A stretch of DNA of 64,000 nucleotides from positions 127,534,001 through 127,598,000 of the forward strand of contig OX597819.1 of assembly GCA_951406725.2 (NCBI GenBank), written 5' to 3'. The stretch's first letter is position 1. Each line of letters starts with the position of its first letter. Below, in pieces: positions 14,507 to 26,783 of this stretch. Below the pieces are notes generated by a model that was not told the DNA's origin, searched no databases, and saw only the letters and a program-made list of their open reading frames with translations. The translations under genes were made by a program, and so were the position numbers. Origin of the DNA: Octopus vulgaris. Lineage: Eukaryota.

Positions 14507-14903
14507 TGGCTGTGTGGTAAGTAGCTTGTTTAACAACCACATGGTTCCGGGTTCAGTCCCACTGCGTGGCACCTTGGGCAAGTATATTTTTCTATAGCCT
14601 CGGGCCGACCAAAGCCTTGTGAGTGGATTTGGTAGACGGAAACTGAAAGAAGCCCGTCGTATATATGTATATATGTATGTGTATGTATATGTTTGTGTGT
14701 CTGTGTTTGTCCCCCTAGCATTGCTTGACAACAGATGGTGGTGTGTTTATGTCCTCGTTACTTAGCGGTTCGGCAAAAGAGACCGATAGAATAAGTACTG
14801 GGCTTACAAAAAAAAAAGAATAAGTTCCGGGGTCGAGTTGGTCGATTAAAGGTGGTGCTCCAGTATGGCCACAGTCAAATGACTGAAACAAGTAAAAGAG
14901 TAA
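14507..14903 (+). mobile_element. tRNA-derived SINE, family C (CORE-like domain, CR1-like tail)
   Basis: TGGCTGTGTGGTAAG...GGTTCAGTCCC head, GGCACCTTGGGCAAGT CORE-like motif, internal (TA/TG)n, 3' GGTGCTCCAGTATGGCCACAGTCAAATGACTGAAAC; many copies in the window. Confidence 0.9.
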
Positions 14904-14904
14904 A

Positions 14905-14955
<51 letters not shown>

Positions 14956-15423
14956 CGTTTGGAGATGATGTACAGGTATTTTATATTAGAAGAAATGAGG
15001 TACTCAGAAATTCGGATGGTTTTATATTTACAGATATTTATTTGTATATTACATTTTTTTATGCATCATATAACTTATATCATATATCATATGTTAGCGC
15101 TTTCGTCCATTCTGGTGGATTTTTCAAATTGAACTAAGTTCCCGTGGAAAAAGTTTGACCATTTTATAGTGTTATTGAGTGTGTAGTGGTGGGGAGGGAT
15201 ATAAGATAGTACAAGAGGGTGATGGATGGGGAGAAAGTGAGAGAGAGAGAGCATGTGTGTGTGTGCGTGTGTGTGTTTGTTTTTGTATCTGAAAGCAGGG
15301 TTAAAGAAAAAGAAGGGAAGGAAGAAAAGGGAGAGAGGGAAGAAGAAAAAATTGTTTTGCTGGTTTCTTTTGTAGTTGGTCAGGATGTTTACTCCAAGGG
15401 AGGGTCTAAGATCTTGGGGAATA

Positions 15424-15553
15424 TGTTGTGAGTGTTTATTGAGCGAAAACACCCAAAGCTCCAAGAGGCACCGGCAGGGGGTGGGGTGGCGATCCCTGCT
15501 GTACTTTTTCGCCACAACTTTCTCTCACTCTTTCTTCTATTGGCCTGCTCGCC
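15424..15553 (+). mobile_element. Truncated SINE family B abutting the LINE 3' end
   Basis: Matches 12566-12692. Confidence 0.8.
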
Positions 15554-15579
15554 AATCTATCTATCTATCTATAGATATG

Positions 15580-16887
15580 TTTCTTTATTAGCCACACAGG
15601 GCTGCACACAGATAGAACAAATTACAAGGTAGAGCTTTTCTTTTGAAGGCTTAAAAAAAAAAAAGGAAAGGGGAGTTTCGATCAAAAGGGATCGTAAAAG
15701 GAGAGAAAGAGGACAAAAAAAGGGGGGTTAAAAAAAGAGGGGGAGAGGAAAAAAATTGATCAATAGGGATCGTTATCACAGAAATGTCAATATGAAGTGT
15801 AAAGGGGAGGACAGGTGAGGTTTACCCGTGGAAAGAAAAGCCTACGGAAAAGACCACGGTAACCTCGGTCAATGGAGTCACATGTTATATTTCTTTTTTT
15901 TTTTTTTTTTGCAAATAAGCAACTCTCTGGGTTCATAGGACTATGCTCAAGGTGGCTTCGTCATTCATACGTGCCATTCTTGCTACATTCACCCATCTCT
16001 TTTTAAAACATTCGCTAGACAAAACTTGCCTCTCTACTCTCACTTTCCTTTTCAAGTGGTACTTGAAGAAGTTGATGAGAGATTGACCAGAGAGGAAAGT
16101 GTTTGTCTCCAATCCTTTCAGACGCGTCCACCAGATACATTCTTTCGCCATAGCCACAAGGATGATGAAAATAGCTCTTCCTTCCCGTTTGAAGGAAGGA
16201 GGCGTGACAATATTGACGATAGACTCAGCTGATAAACCGACTCGTCCCACACGTGACAGCAGTTGTTCGACATAAGCCCACAGGTCGGAAATTGTTGGAC
16301 ACTGCACGAGTGCGTGCAGAACGGTTTCGTCGCTCTGACCGCATCTCGAGCAGGTCGGCCCCGTGTTTCTCGAGCCGTGTCTGTAGAGTTTATCCCGAAC
16401 GGGTAGCGCTTCTCGGTAGCACTGCCAGGCCAGGGATCTCTGGAAGTTGTCCATGGGCCCTGGCCCGAAAGTCGTCCTGAACAGGCGGGTCAGGTACTCC
16501 TCGTCGACGTCCAGGTTCGCCCCGAGCTCGTCGTCGTACCTCCCCTCCACTAAACCCCTATAGAATGCTTTGGTTGTGTTGAAGTCACTCATGGTCGACC
16601 CAGGACGGCAGAGTTGCTTGAGAGCAACGCGACACTCGCGGTGCCATTCGCCCTTCCTCGGCCTCTTTTTGATCCACGACTGCAGTTCGGTCATGGAGAT
16701 GAGCTGCGGGAAAGCGTGTCTTCACAAACGGCGACCACACTTGTTCACCGTCGTCTACATAGAGCCAGAGATGTCGCAGTCTCAGCGCGTGTCTGCGCAT
16801 CATCAACCACGGCATGCCCAGCCCTCCTTTTAACGGGTGTTGACAGCAAATGGATCGCCTGACCATCGGGACGCATCCTTTCCACAA
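15580..16887 (-). mobile_element. 5'-truncated L1/Tx1-clade LINE (ORF2 C-terminus with zinc-binding zf-RVT-like domain, plus 3' UTR)
   Basis: LWKGCVPMVRRSICCQHPLKGGLGMP (post-RT GGLG motif) frameshifts into ORF 15933-16694 with W...REALPVRDKL...CSRCGQSDETVLHALVQCP...W. The 3' UTR ends with AATAAA at ~15585-15590 on the minus strand. Confidence 0.88.
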
Positions 16888-16907
16888 GAAGCGAAAGAGA
16901 ATGCGTT

Positions 16908-16957
<50 letters not shown>

Positions 16958-17303
16958 TGATAGACAGACAGATAGGCAGAAGTATTTCATATGCAGATGA
17001 GAGAAACAGTACTCAATGAATAATGTAGGATATATTGTTACATTCGTTGCTGGCAATTCACTCTTCTGCAGCTCAAAGCTTTTCGCTTCATACACCCAGA
17101 TGTGCACAAAAATATAAGCGTAAAAAGAAATGAAGAATTGACGAGATGGAAGTGAGAGTGGGAGTAATGAAAAAATGAAGAAAAGAGAAAATAATGCAAC
17201 TATATAGAGGATATTGGTTTGTCCCTTTTCCCTGCGCCCCATTCATTAATGAAGTGATGAAAACATATCCCGCTTGTTAGAATAGCTTCAGCCCGATATT
17301 GTA

Positions 17304-17797
17304 TTTTTATTTTATTTTATCTAGTTTCAGCTCACGAGCTGTGGCCATGCTGGGGCACCGCCATTTGGTGTTACTACATGATTTTACTTCACGAATGCTT
17401 TTTAGCAACTGCCATTTGGTGCATGAGAGAGTTCGATGCAGCTGCCCTCATCTGCACCTCCTGCCGTGAAGTTGGTTTATCTGGGACACCTGACAGGAAG
17501 AGATCCAGTTTTATTTTAAATACATCTGCATCCACACCATGCAGGTCTCTCAGGTTCTTCGGGAGGTTATTGAAGAGCTGTGGGCCTCGGAAGCCCAGGC
17601 TATCACAGTATCTTGTCCTACATCTTGATGGCAAATTTGGAGTCCTTGGCACCATGCAGTGGCGCCCAGTTCTAGCATTTGTGTAACTCTCAATGCCAAA
17701 GTTTGGGACTAGTCCTTCTAGGATCTTCCAGATGTATATTATGGCATATCTGCGCTCTAAGGAATAGAGTCTTAATCTCTTGAGTCTTTCCCATATT
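17304..17797 (-). mobile_element. 5'-truncated CR1-group LINE 3' end
   Basis: WERLKRLRLYSLERR..YAIIYIWKILEGLVPN...GPQLFNNLP...FKIKLDLFLSGVPDKP is a typical CR1-group ORF2 C-terminus. The 3' stem-loop CAGCTC-GT-GAGCTG is followed by an (ATAAA)n tail. Confidence 0.88.
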
Positions 17798-18200
17798 TTC
17801 TGATCGGTTTCCGCCATAAGTTGGACTCTTTATTCTGTTAACTCCCAAAATATAAATGCAGGATTGACTTACGTTGGTTTCGAACGTTGAACGTAGATAG
17901 CCGAAAAACAAAATATCGACTCTGTAAATGTTCTTTCATTTTACCGAATGTTCTATATGATTAATAATAAGATAGAGGTTACATAGGCAGAAAAACAATA
18001 TTGGAGGAGGAGGGGGAGGAAACGGTCGATTAAACCGTCTCCATAATTTGACTGGTAAGAATTTGACTCGAACCTGAAGGGAAGAAAGTTGAACATTATG
18101 CAGTTTAAACTCAATACGTGAACAACCTGAATAAATATCGACTTTCTAACGATTCTGCTAACCCTCTGCTTTTTCCTTTAAAAAAAATAATATAATGATA

Positions 18201-18615
18201 GGCGCTGGCTTGGCAGTGTTGTAAGAAGCATGCTTCCAAACCACGTCGTTCCGGGGTCAGATCTACTGCGTGGTACCTTAGGCAAGTGTCTTCTACTATA
18301 GCCTCATGCCGACCGAAACCTTGTGAGTGGATTTGGTAGATGGGAACTATCATATATGTATATATATATATGTGTGTGTGTGTGTGTGCGAGCACGTATA
18401 TATCTTTGTGTCTGTTTTTGACCCCACCACCGCTTGACAACCTGTGTTCATTTGTTTACTTCCTCGTAACGTAGCAGTTCGGCGGAAGACATCGATAGAA
18501 TAATTATCAGGCTCAGAAAAGTGAAGTACTGGGGACGATTCATTCGAATAATTTTTCTCTTCAAGGCATTGCCCCAGCATGGACACAGTGTAATGGCTGA
18601 AACAGAAAAAAGAAA
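18201..18615 (+). mobile_element. SINE family C
   Basis: Colinear with 14507-14903. Confidence 0.85.
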
Positions 18616-19389
18616 ATGGATACATATTTTTAAATAATACTCGAGCCGTGGAACAAAAGACAAGTTTTTAAATAATTTATCAACTCAGTCCTATTTCTAC
18701 TTTCGGTTGCTGCTAATTCACTTATTAAACATAATCGATGTTCTTTAGAAAAGTTTCCACGATACTCTGATTCTTGCTTTTTTGAAATTTGCTTCATGCC
18801 GTCAAATGAAGACAAACCATATTCAATATTAGCGTGAGCTCGTGAGTAAAGTCATTATAAACTTAAGGCTAATTTCGATCGGCTTTGGCAATTTATATAC
18901 CTATGATAATTCTGTACGTCATAGTATTCTATATTCTGTCCCCTATAAATTTAATGCCCTCAGCACAGTCAACATCAATCAATGTTTCATACATTATCAA
19001 TATTAAAACACTAAAATTCTATATGCTTTCTAACGTACTTGGAATCATAGAAGATAAAAAAAAAAAAAGTTATCGGATAATTGTAAATTATTGCAAAATA
19101 TTGATTCGTCTCCTAGAGTTGATCATTTCGTTTCTAGCGCTGATAATGAAATTACTTTTTATAGCAAAATTGTTTTTATTCCAACAAGCCTTTTATTTCA
19201 AAATGCCTTTATGGTAATTTTTTCTTTTTTTTTTGTATAGTATTTATTTTCTTTTAAGAAAAAAAAATCAACTGTTTTTCGCTTATTCTTTCTCTGAACT
19301 AAAAACTATATCAAATAAACGAAAAATTACAATATTTACAAACGAGAGGCACAAAATATATTCTGAATACATACGTACATGTATGTGTT

Positions 19390-19431
<42 letters not shown>

Positions 19432-20495
19432 TATATGTATATGTATAAAGATATATATATATATATAGATAGATAGATAGATAGATATATAGATATATAC
19501 ACACACACACGTTTGTGACTATGTATATACATATACATACATGTGTGTGTGCGTGTGTGTGCGTGTGTTTCTGTGTGTGCGCGCGCAAGAGATGGAGAAG
19601 AGGGGAAATTTTACAAATTGTTAATGAGAAAGTTGCAAATTTTATAACCAAATCTGTGATCGTTTCAGCAAATTTTATACGCGAAGTTTTTTGAGATCTC
19701 TCGAGTACAAAAGAAAACTGTCAATATGGTACAACACAGAAACGATGGAATTAATGGCTTTGGAGGAGATAGATGAACGAATATATTATATATTTTATAT
19801 TAATGTCGAAGCAAAATTCGTGCGATTTTCAAAACGGAAAAATTGCAGAAAGGATATATTGAAAAATGAAGAAATATTGAAATATAGTGTTTTGTACAAA
19901 GAGATGTAGAGTTTCGTTCAAAGAAATCTGTATTATCCCGTATTTTCATTAACGCCTGCAATAATTAAATGCGAGGCAATTGATTATGCTTAATGAGAAT
20001 TTTGAATATGGATTACTTGAATAGCTATTAAATCTTAAATGTATAGAAAGGAAAGCGAGAAATAGATTTTCCTATCGACATTTTAATTCAAATGTATGAA
20101 TAAAATTACATGAGAATATTATTCTAAGGAATCGAAACTGGATCAGAAAGTAGAATATTTCTAGAATGCAACATTACATTGCGTCATCCATTCAATAAAA
20201 ATATAGAAGAACGTCAAAGAGTTATTTCTATATTCAACTGAATCGGTGCAACAAGTCTGAATGGTTAAGAATAGTTAAGCAGTCACGAGGTCCTGGTTTC
20301 GATCCTACCGAGTGACATATTAGGCAAGTGTTTTGTACTAAAGTGTCAGATTGACCGACGTGTTGCAAGTGAAGTTTGGCACAAACAGAAACTGTGAAGA
20401 CGTCCCTCAGCTAATTGTACATGTAACTTAAAGATGCAGGATTTTTTTATCGCTCACCGTTTCACACTAATTCCGCCTGAGAACTACGTTAAAGG

Positions 20496-20804
20496 ATTTT
20501 GTTTGTTTGTTCCTTCTCGAGCGACGCCTGGCTCATAAGGGCCAGTTTCCCGGTTTCCTTGGTGTACAGGTTCCCCACCTGGACGAGACGCCGGTCCGTC
20601 GCAGGTGAGCTGCAAGATGCAGGAGGAAAGAGTGAGAGAAAGTTGTGGCGAAAGAGTCAGCAGAAGTTCGCCATTACCTTCTGCCGGAGCCGCGTGGAGC
20701 TTAGGTGTTTCGCTCATAAACACATACATCACCCGATCTGAGATTCGAACCTGCAATCCCTCGACCGCGAATCCGCTGCTCTAATCACTGGGCCATGTGC
20801 GTCC
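20496..20804 (-). mobile_element. SINE family B head with V-domain-like body
   Basis: tRNA-like head related to 12491. The body on the minus strand has CCTGCGACGGACCGGCGTCTCGTCCAGG (V-SINE-like motif) and an (AAAC)n tail. 13-bp TSD ACTACGTTAAAGG at 20483-20495 / 20805-20817. Confidence 0.85.
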
Positions 20805-21055
20805 ACTACGTTAAAGGTGCACGTGTCCGTGGAATTCAATGAACAGGTTGTTCAGTTCAATTCAATGAACAGGCTGTTCAGTTCATCTGAAATCGACAGA
20901 CATCTATATATATTGAATAGAGATACGATCGTTACATATATTTAATATTTTTTCCTAGCATACAAGGTTACAGAATATTGGAGATGAGATAAAATTCAAA
21001 TTCATTGCTTTCTTCGTCATTCATGTTTTTTTTTTCTATTCTCGTTTAATTCCAG

Positions 21056-21148
21056 AACAATTCTTACAGAAAAGTTAAGAACAAACGCATCCCAGCCTTG
21101 GCAATCCATATGATGCCTAAATGGAGGACTGTTCCTACATGTGACATA
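21056..21148 (+). other. Candidate 93-nt internal exon (unverified)
   Basis: Polypyrimidine tract plus TTCCAG acceptor and GTAAGA donor; only phase 0 is open (NNSYRKVKNKRIPALAIHMMPKWRTVPTCDI). No recognised homology. Confidence 0.2.
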
Positions 21149-21311
21149 GTAAGAATAGGCCACTCGACTAATCGGTTGATTGCTTTAACCCTTTAGTGTT
21201 CAGATTACTCTGTTAAATGTAATAATTTTTCACTCAAATTGTTTTGAATTAATCATACATTATCTTATAGCTTTGAGGTTTCAATGAAGTGATTGTTTGT
21301 TTTTAGAATAT

Positions 21312-21512
21312 CAAACACAGAGAGGACAAACAAGGACAGACAAACGGATTGAGTCGAATATATCGACCCCAGTGCGCAACTGGTACTTAATTTATCGACC
21401 ACGAAAGGGTGAAAGGCAAAGTCGACCTCGGCGGAATTTGAACTCAGAACGTAACGGCAGATGAAATATCGCTAGGCATTTCGCCCGGCGTGCTAACGAT
21501 TCTGCCAGCTCA
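21312..21512 (-). mobile_element. SINE family A (slightly truncated)
   Basis: Colinear with 2512-2741. Confidence 0.88.
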
Positions 21513-21988
21513 CCATCTGAAGTTTCCCCCCTTCCTGCAGTCGCCCACTTTCAATATTTTATGGTATACATTAGCAACATTTATCTCACCAGTGTCGGAG
21601 GACCGGAGAAGGCCAGGAGTATTACCTCTTTATCATGAGGTATTTATTTTCATTTTTATTTTTATTTTCTATAAAAAGAAAGGCCTTTTAGGAGTGCCTC
21701 CATTATCGTATACATATATGTATACGCTAATGCATTTGTATTGCAAGATTCCTGATGTGAAACCATGTGTTGAAACAGATATTCTTGTCTTTCTGAATGA
21801 TCACCTTTTTTTTCGGAGATGGTCAATACCAAAAGAAGAAAAATATGACCATTCTGAAATAGAACTGTAGAGTGTGTGTGTAGGTATGTATGTATGTATG
21901 TATGTATGTTCTTTATAAAATTATTTTAGCATTTTCTATCTTGACTTGTTTTTTCATATATATATATATATATGTATGTATGTATGTG

Positions 21989-22094
<106 letters not shown>

Positions 22095-22355
22095 TATATC
22101 CTGATTTGGCATCGTGAGCTATTCTTGAAAATGAATTTATTGCTGCCGTTGTGGAGTTGTGCCAGTTGTTCTGGACTTCAATTCCGTAGAAATAGCCGTT
22201 CAAAGAGTAGAAGCTATCATCATCCGCTTCCTCTATCTATCTGTCTATTTATCTGTCTGTCTGTGCGTCCGTCTGCTTTATTGTCTGTCTATGTATGTAT
22301 CTATTTAATCATATATATAATATATAAATATATACATATATATATATAAATATAT

Positions 22356-22405
<50 letters not shown>

Positions 22406-22417
22406 GTACATACCTAC

Positions 22418-22481
<64 letters not shown>

Positions 22482-22493
22482 ATACGCATGCAT

Positions 22494-23100
22494 ATATGGG
22501 TACAGGACGTCAAAAATCGTGAACAAAATGAGAAACGAGAACATAAAAACAAAAACATAGAAAACGAACTTTTTTACAAAAAACGAAAGAAACAAAAGGA
22601 GAAACGAGGCAAGCAACATAAAGAACATTCCCATCGTCAGTTGTTCCCAGTTTTATCTACTCCGCTATCGAAGATAGGGACAAGACGTGACTTCGTTAAA
22701 ACAGTCCTTCCCACAAAGCAAATTAAATAAAATTTGGGATTTTTTGCGGAGGGTTAAAGTGGTGACAAAAACGGGACAGTAAGAACAAAATAGTAAAAAC
22801 AAACGGTAAGGACTGTTAAGCCATGACGAGGTGAAGTGGTGAACGCTAGAAAAACGAGCTTTGAGAAGAGACACGCAAAAGCACGTCTTGTTTTCAGGAA
22901 GGAAGTGGACGAAAGAAACGTAGATAGCCGTTGGTCACGGGAAGAAGATTGAGAAAGAGAGGTAACGGTGAAGGGGAGAGGAGAAGAATAGGGAAAGGGT
23001 GGGAGAGAAAAACAGGAAAGAAAATCATGAGAGGGAGATAGATAGAATTGAGATAGGATGTAGAGTGCGCATCGGAATTATTAAGATAACGGAATATCCG
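22494..23100 (-). mobile_element. Probable terminal (pseudo-LTR) fragment related to the PLE at 47195-50213
   Basis: Shares ATATGGGTACAGGACGTCAAAAA next to a TA-rich microsatellite with 47230-47252; a purine-rich tract follows in both. Confidence 0.5.
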
Positions 23101-23253
23101 ATTTTCTCACGAACCAAGGTTCACAGTCGCTAACTCTAACGTTTTATCCTGACAATTGTTTGTTTTACAACGATGAAGAGTTACATGCGTGGCGTTCGAT
23201 CATATAATAATATAAATAATAGATAAATATATGCATATATACATACATATATG

Positions 23254-23319
<66 letters not shown>

Positions 23320-23610
23320 CATTATATATAATCATTAATTTAATAAAATCAACAAATTTCACCTTGTAGTTTTTAGCTATGGAAAAGGACCATATAAAAA
23401 CTTATACAAAAAGTTTTTTTATATATATAATTATAACAATAAGGGCTTTGCAACAAGTTGCTTGACCACATACCAAAAATTTTAGAAATAGCAGCCAAAA
23501 GACTACTATTTCCTTTTTCTACAAAAATATGTCTCCACAGACAACAATATTTGTAACTCACACATGGCAAAAAAAGAAGAAAAATACTGAAATCAAACAG
23601 TCTTCCAATA

Positions 23611-23667
23611 ATTATGGACGTGTTTCTGGATTAGAATCATAAGATTCATTTCCTTCATCAACACAAT
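23611..23667 (-). ncRNA. Degenerate type I hammerhead-like motif
   Basis: AUUGUG-UUGAUGA-AGGA(aau GAAUC uuau GAUUC uaa)UCCA-GAAA-CACG-UC-CAUAAU. 6-bp stem I; C3U change and non-palindromic stem III. Confidence 0.4.
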
Positions 23668-23997
23668 ATTCCGATAAATAAATAAATCTGGAAAGGCTAG
23701 GAAAACATACCCCTTATATTTCTAACCAAGCGTCATCAGAACGTATAAAAGCTAATCCGCATATCCACATTCATATAGACGAGTGAATTCGTATTTCCCT
23801 CCAAATTTTCTACCATGTGTGTCACAAAATAGTACTGCCGAAAAAAGATTCGTAGTTTTGTCGTAGGGGAGTGAATTAATCATTACCGAATATGGTCCTT
23901 TTCCATACCGAAAAACTACAAGGGGAAATTTGTTGATTTTATTTAATTAATTATCTTTCACCCTATATCTGTAATGATTATTTCACTCCCCTACTTC

Positions 23998-24330
23998 TGA
24001 AGTTACAGGAACTGAACTTGGAAGTAGTCTATCATCCATCATATTCACCAGACCTTACACCAAATGGCTATCACAATTTCTAGTTATTAAACAACTTTTT
24101 GCAAGGAAAATACTTCAAAATCTGAAGTAGATGCAAAATCAGCCTTTCGTGATTTCATCATTTCTTGCTCTCCAGAATTTTTCGTTGCCGGCATAAATAA
24201 GCTACCGATAAAATGGCAAAATTGTGTTGATAATTTATGTACATACTTTGATTAAATGCATTACTTTTTGTTGAGATAAAATAAAATAAACTTTCAGTTC
24301 AAAATCACACCCTTCATTCTTAATGAGCTG

Positions 24331-24333
<3 letters not shown>
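23998..24333 (+). mobile_element. mariner transposase 3' fragment with probable right TIR
   Basis: Translates LQELNLEVVYHPSYSPDLTPNGYHNF*LLNNFLQGK (YSPDL motif) and, in a shifted frame, GINKLPIKWQNCVD; ends ...TTCTTAATGAGCTGATA. Confidence 0.8.
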
Positions 24334-24361
<28 letters not shown>

Positions 24362-24751
24362 CGTATGTATGTATGTATGTATGTATGTATGTATGTATGT
24401 ATGTATGTATGTATATATGTATGTATGTATGTGTGTATGTATGTATGTATGTATGTATGTATGTATGTATGTATATATGTATGTGTGTATGTATGTATGT
24501 ATGTATGTATGTATGTATGTATGTGTGTGTGTATGTATGTATGTATGTATGTATGTGTGTATGTATGTGTGTATGTATGTATGTATATATGTATGTATGT
24601 ATGTATGTATGTGTGTATGTATGTATGTATGTATGTATGTATGTATGTATGTATGTGTGTATGTATGTATGTATGTATGTATGTATATATGTATGTATGT
24701 ATGTATGTATGTGTGTATGTATGTATGTATATATGTATGTATATATGTATG

Positions 24752-24817
<66 letters not shown>

Positions 24818-24888
24818 TGCATGCATGTATGTATGCATGTATGCATGCATGTATGTATGCATGTATGTATATATGTATATATTTGTAT
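24333..24888. repeat. (TATG)n microsatellite
   Basis: Direct reading. Confidence 0.95.
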
Positions 24889-24889
24889 A

Positions 24890-25671
24890 TCTTTATATAT
24901 AAAAGTGAGCTTGTGTGTCTGTCTCCTACGATTTAGATTCCTAACTACTCCCACATTTTGCGGTGTAGTTTAACCAAAACCGGGTATCTTATAGTCGTGC
25001 TTCATATCGAGCCCTTCTGGGTATTAGCACGCGTCTACGATGAGTCTACGATTTTAAAAAAAAACTAGCAGTATCGCCCGGCGTTGCTCGGGTTTGTAAG
25101 GGAAATAACTATAAAGTATTTTTAGAGAGTTATAGCCAAAAAATAGAAAAAATGGGAAAAAAAATTATGGTAAATTTTTTTTTGATAGTTAAAATGGTCG
25201 AGTTGCGTCCCCTAGACGGTCTGTGGTTTGGGTTTCTGATTGTCGACCCCATGTCGAATTTATCGATCTTTTTCAGAACTGGGGGAACTTTTCAAAATTT
25301 TCGCTGCGTTAGTTTTGAATTATGACATTGGGCTATGTGTGTGTCAAGTTTCATCAGAATCGGTTGAAAGCCGTGGTCAGAGTGAGGGTACAACCAAACA
25401 GACACACAGAAACACACACAGACAAACTGCCGTTTATATAGAGAGAGATTACCATCATTTTTTTCCATTTTAATGCATTTTTTCGCTATTAAATAAGGGA
25501 AGTAACTCTCTAAAAATGTCTACGATGAGTCAACGATGAAAAAAAAAATTTACCATCATTTCTTTTCCATTTTTAATGCATTTTTTTGCTATTTTTTGGC
25601 TATAACCCTCTAAAAATGCTTATATAGTTATTTCCCTTACAAACCCGAGCAACGCCGGGCGATACTCCTAG
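24890..25671 (+). mobile_element. Non-autonomous Helitron-like element (host of a nested copy)
   Basis: A|TCTTTATATATAAAAG 5' end; 3' hairpin CCCGAGCAACGCCGGG then CTAG|T at 25668-25672. Confidence 0.8.
25065..25448 (-). mobile_element. Nested non-autonomous Helitron-like element, opposite orientation
   Basis: Minus strand A|TCTCTCTCTATATAAACGGCAG...CCCGAGCAACGCCGGGCGATACTGCTAG|T; inserted at an A|T site with no TSD. Confidence 0.8.
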
Positions 25672-26178
25672 TATATATATATATATGCATGTATGTATGT
25701 ATGTATGTATGTATGTATGTATATACATATACGTGAATGTGATGTATTCATACATGTACAAATATGTATTCTACTAGGCATGAATATATTTCTGCTTGGT
25801 TAAAATCTGCGGTAAAAGTTATTATCTTCGATCCTTAATCATTAATTTGTTTTTCGTTGCAAATTTATATTTTTTTATGTATAATACCTGCGCTTAAACA
25901 TACATTATAAAATTGTGCAACAAATACATAATTGATGAGTTTTATTTGCTTATGAATACTTTAAATCATATCACTTTTTACACTCCCTAGACTGGTAGAA
26001 TACAATAATTTACAGTTTTAGAATGTAATACAAAATATATTAGTGTAAGAATTTAACCACGAGGTTTATGTAGTTTCGCTTGGATGGTGTTTTTAAACAG
26101 AGAATTCTTTCAAGCTGATATACATACATGCGCACATAAATACATACATCCATACATGTGTGTGTGTGTGAGTGTATA

Positions 26179-26209
<31 letters not shown>

Positions 26210-26342
26210 CTGTTGGTATATGTGTGTATATATATATGTGTATATATTGAGAGATGGGAGGGATAGGTAGATAGATAGATAGACAGACAGAGAGACAGAC
26301 TGACAGAGAGACAGACAGACAGACAGGCAGATAGATAGATAG

Positions 26343-26396
<54 letters not shown>

Positions 26397-26397
26397 G

Positions 26398-26428
<31 letters not shown>

Positions 26429-26430
26429 CT

Positions 26431-26672
26431 TTTTTTATTGTGGCCACACAGGGCTAAACACAGAAAAAAATGGACGAAATACAATGTAGAGTTTTTTTTC
26501 TTTTCGAGGTGGGATGGGTGGGACATACAAAGAAAAAGAAATGTTCGATCAATAGGGATCTCTGGGTTGTGTGGAGTATATAAATATAATATATATATAT
26601 ATAAATAAAGTTCACAGTTTAGGTGTAGCCCTGGAAAGAAAAACCTACAAAAAAGACCAAGGTCACCTCAGA
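26431..26672 (-). mobile_element. 3' UTR fragment related to the Tx1-like LINE at 15580
   Basis: GCCACACAGGGCT, GATCAATAGGGATC and GGAAAGAAAA.CCTAC..AAAAGACCA.GGT.ACCTC are shared with 15590-15870; it lies between (AGAT)n tracts. Confidence 0.75.
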
Positions 26673-26704
26673 CAGTTCGAAAATGAACACATGAGTAAGT
26701 CAAT

Positions 26705-26783
<79 letters not shown>

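Noticed and set aside
21744-21790. HHR-like CUGAUGU...GAAACAGAUA
   Set aside because: Core A9 is lost and stems II/III do not form.
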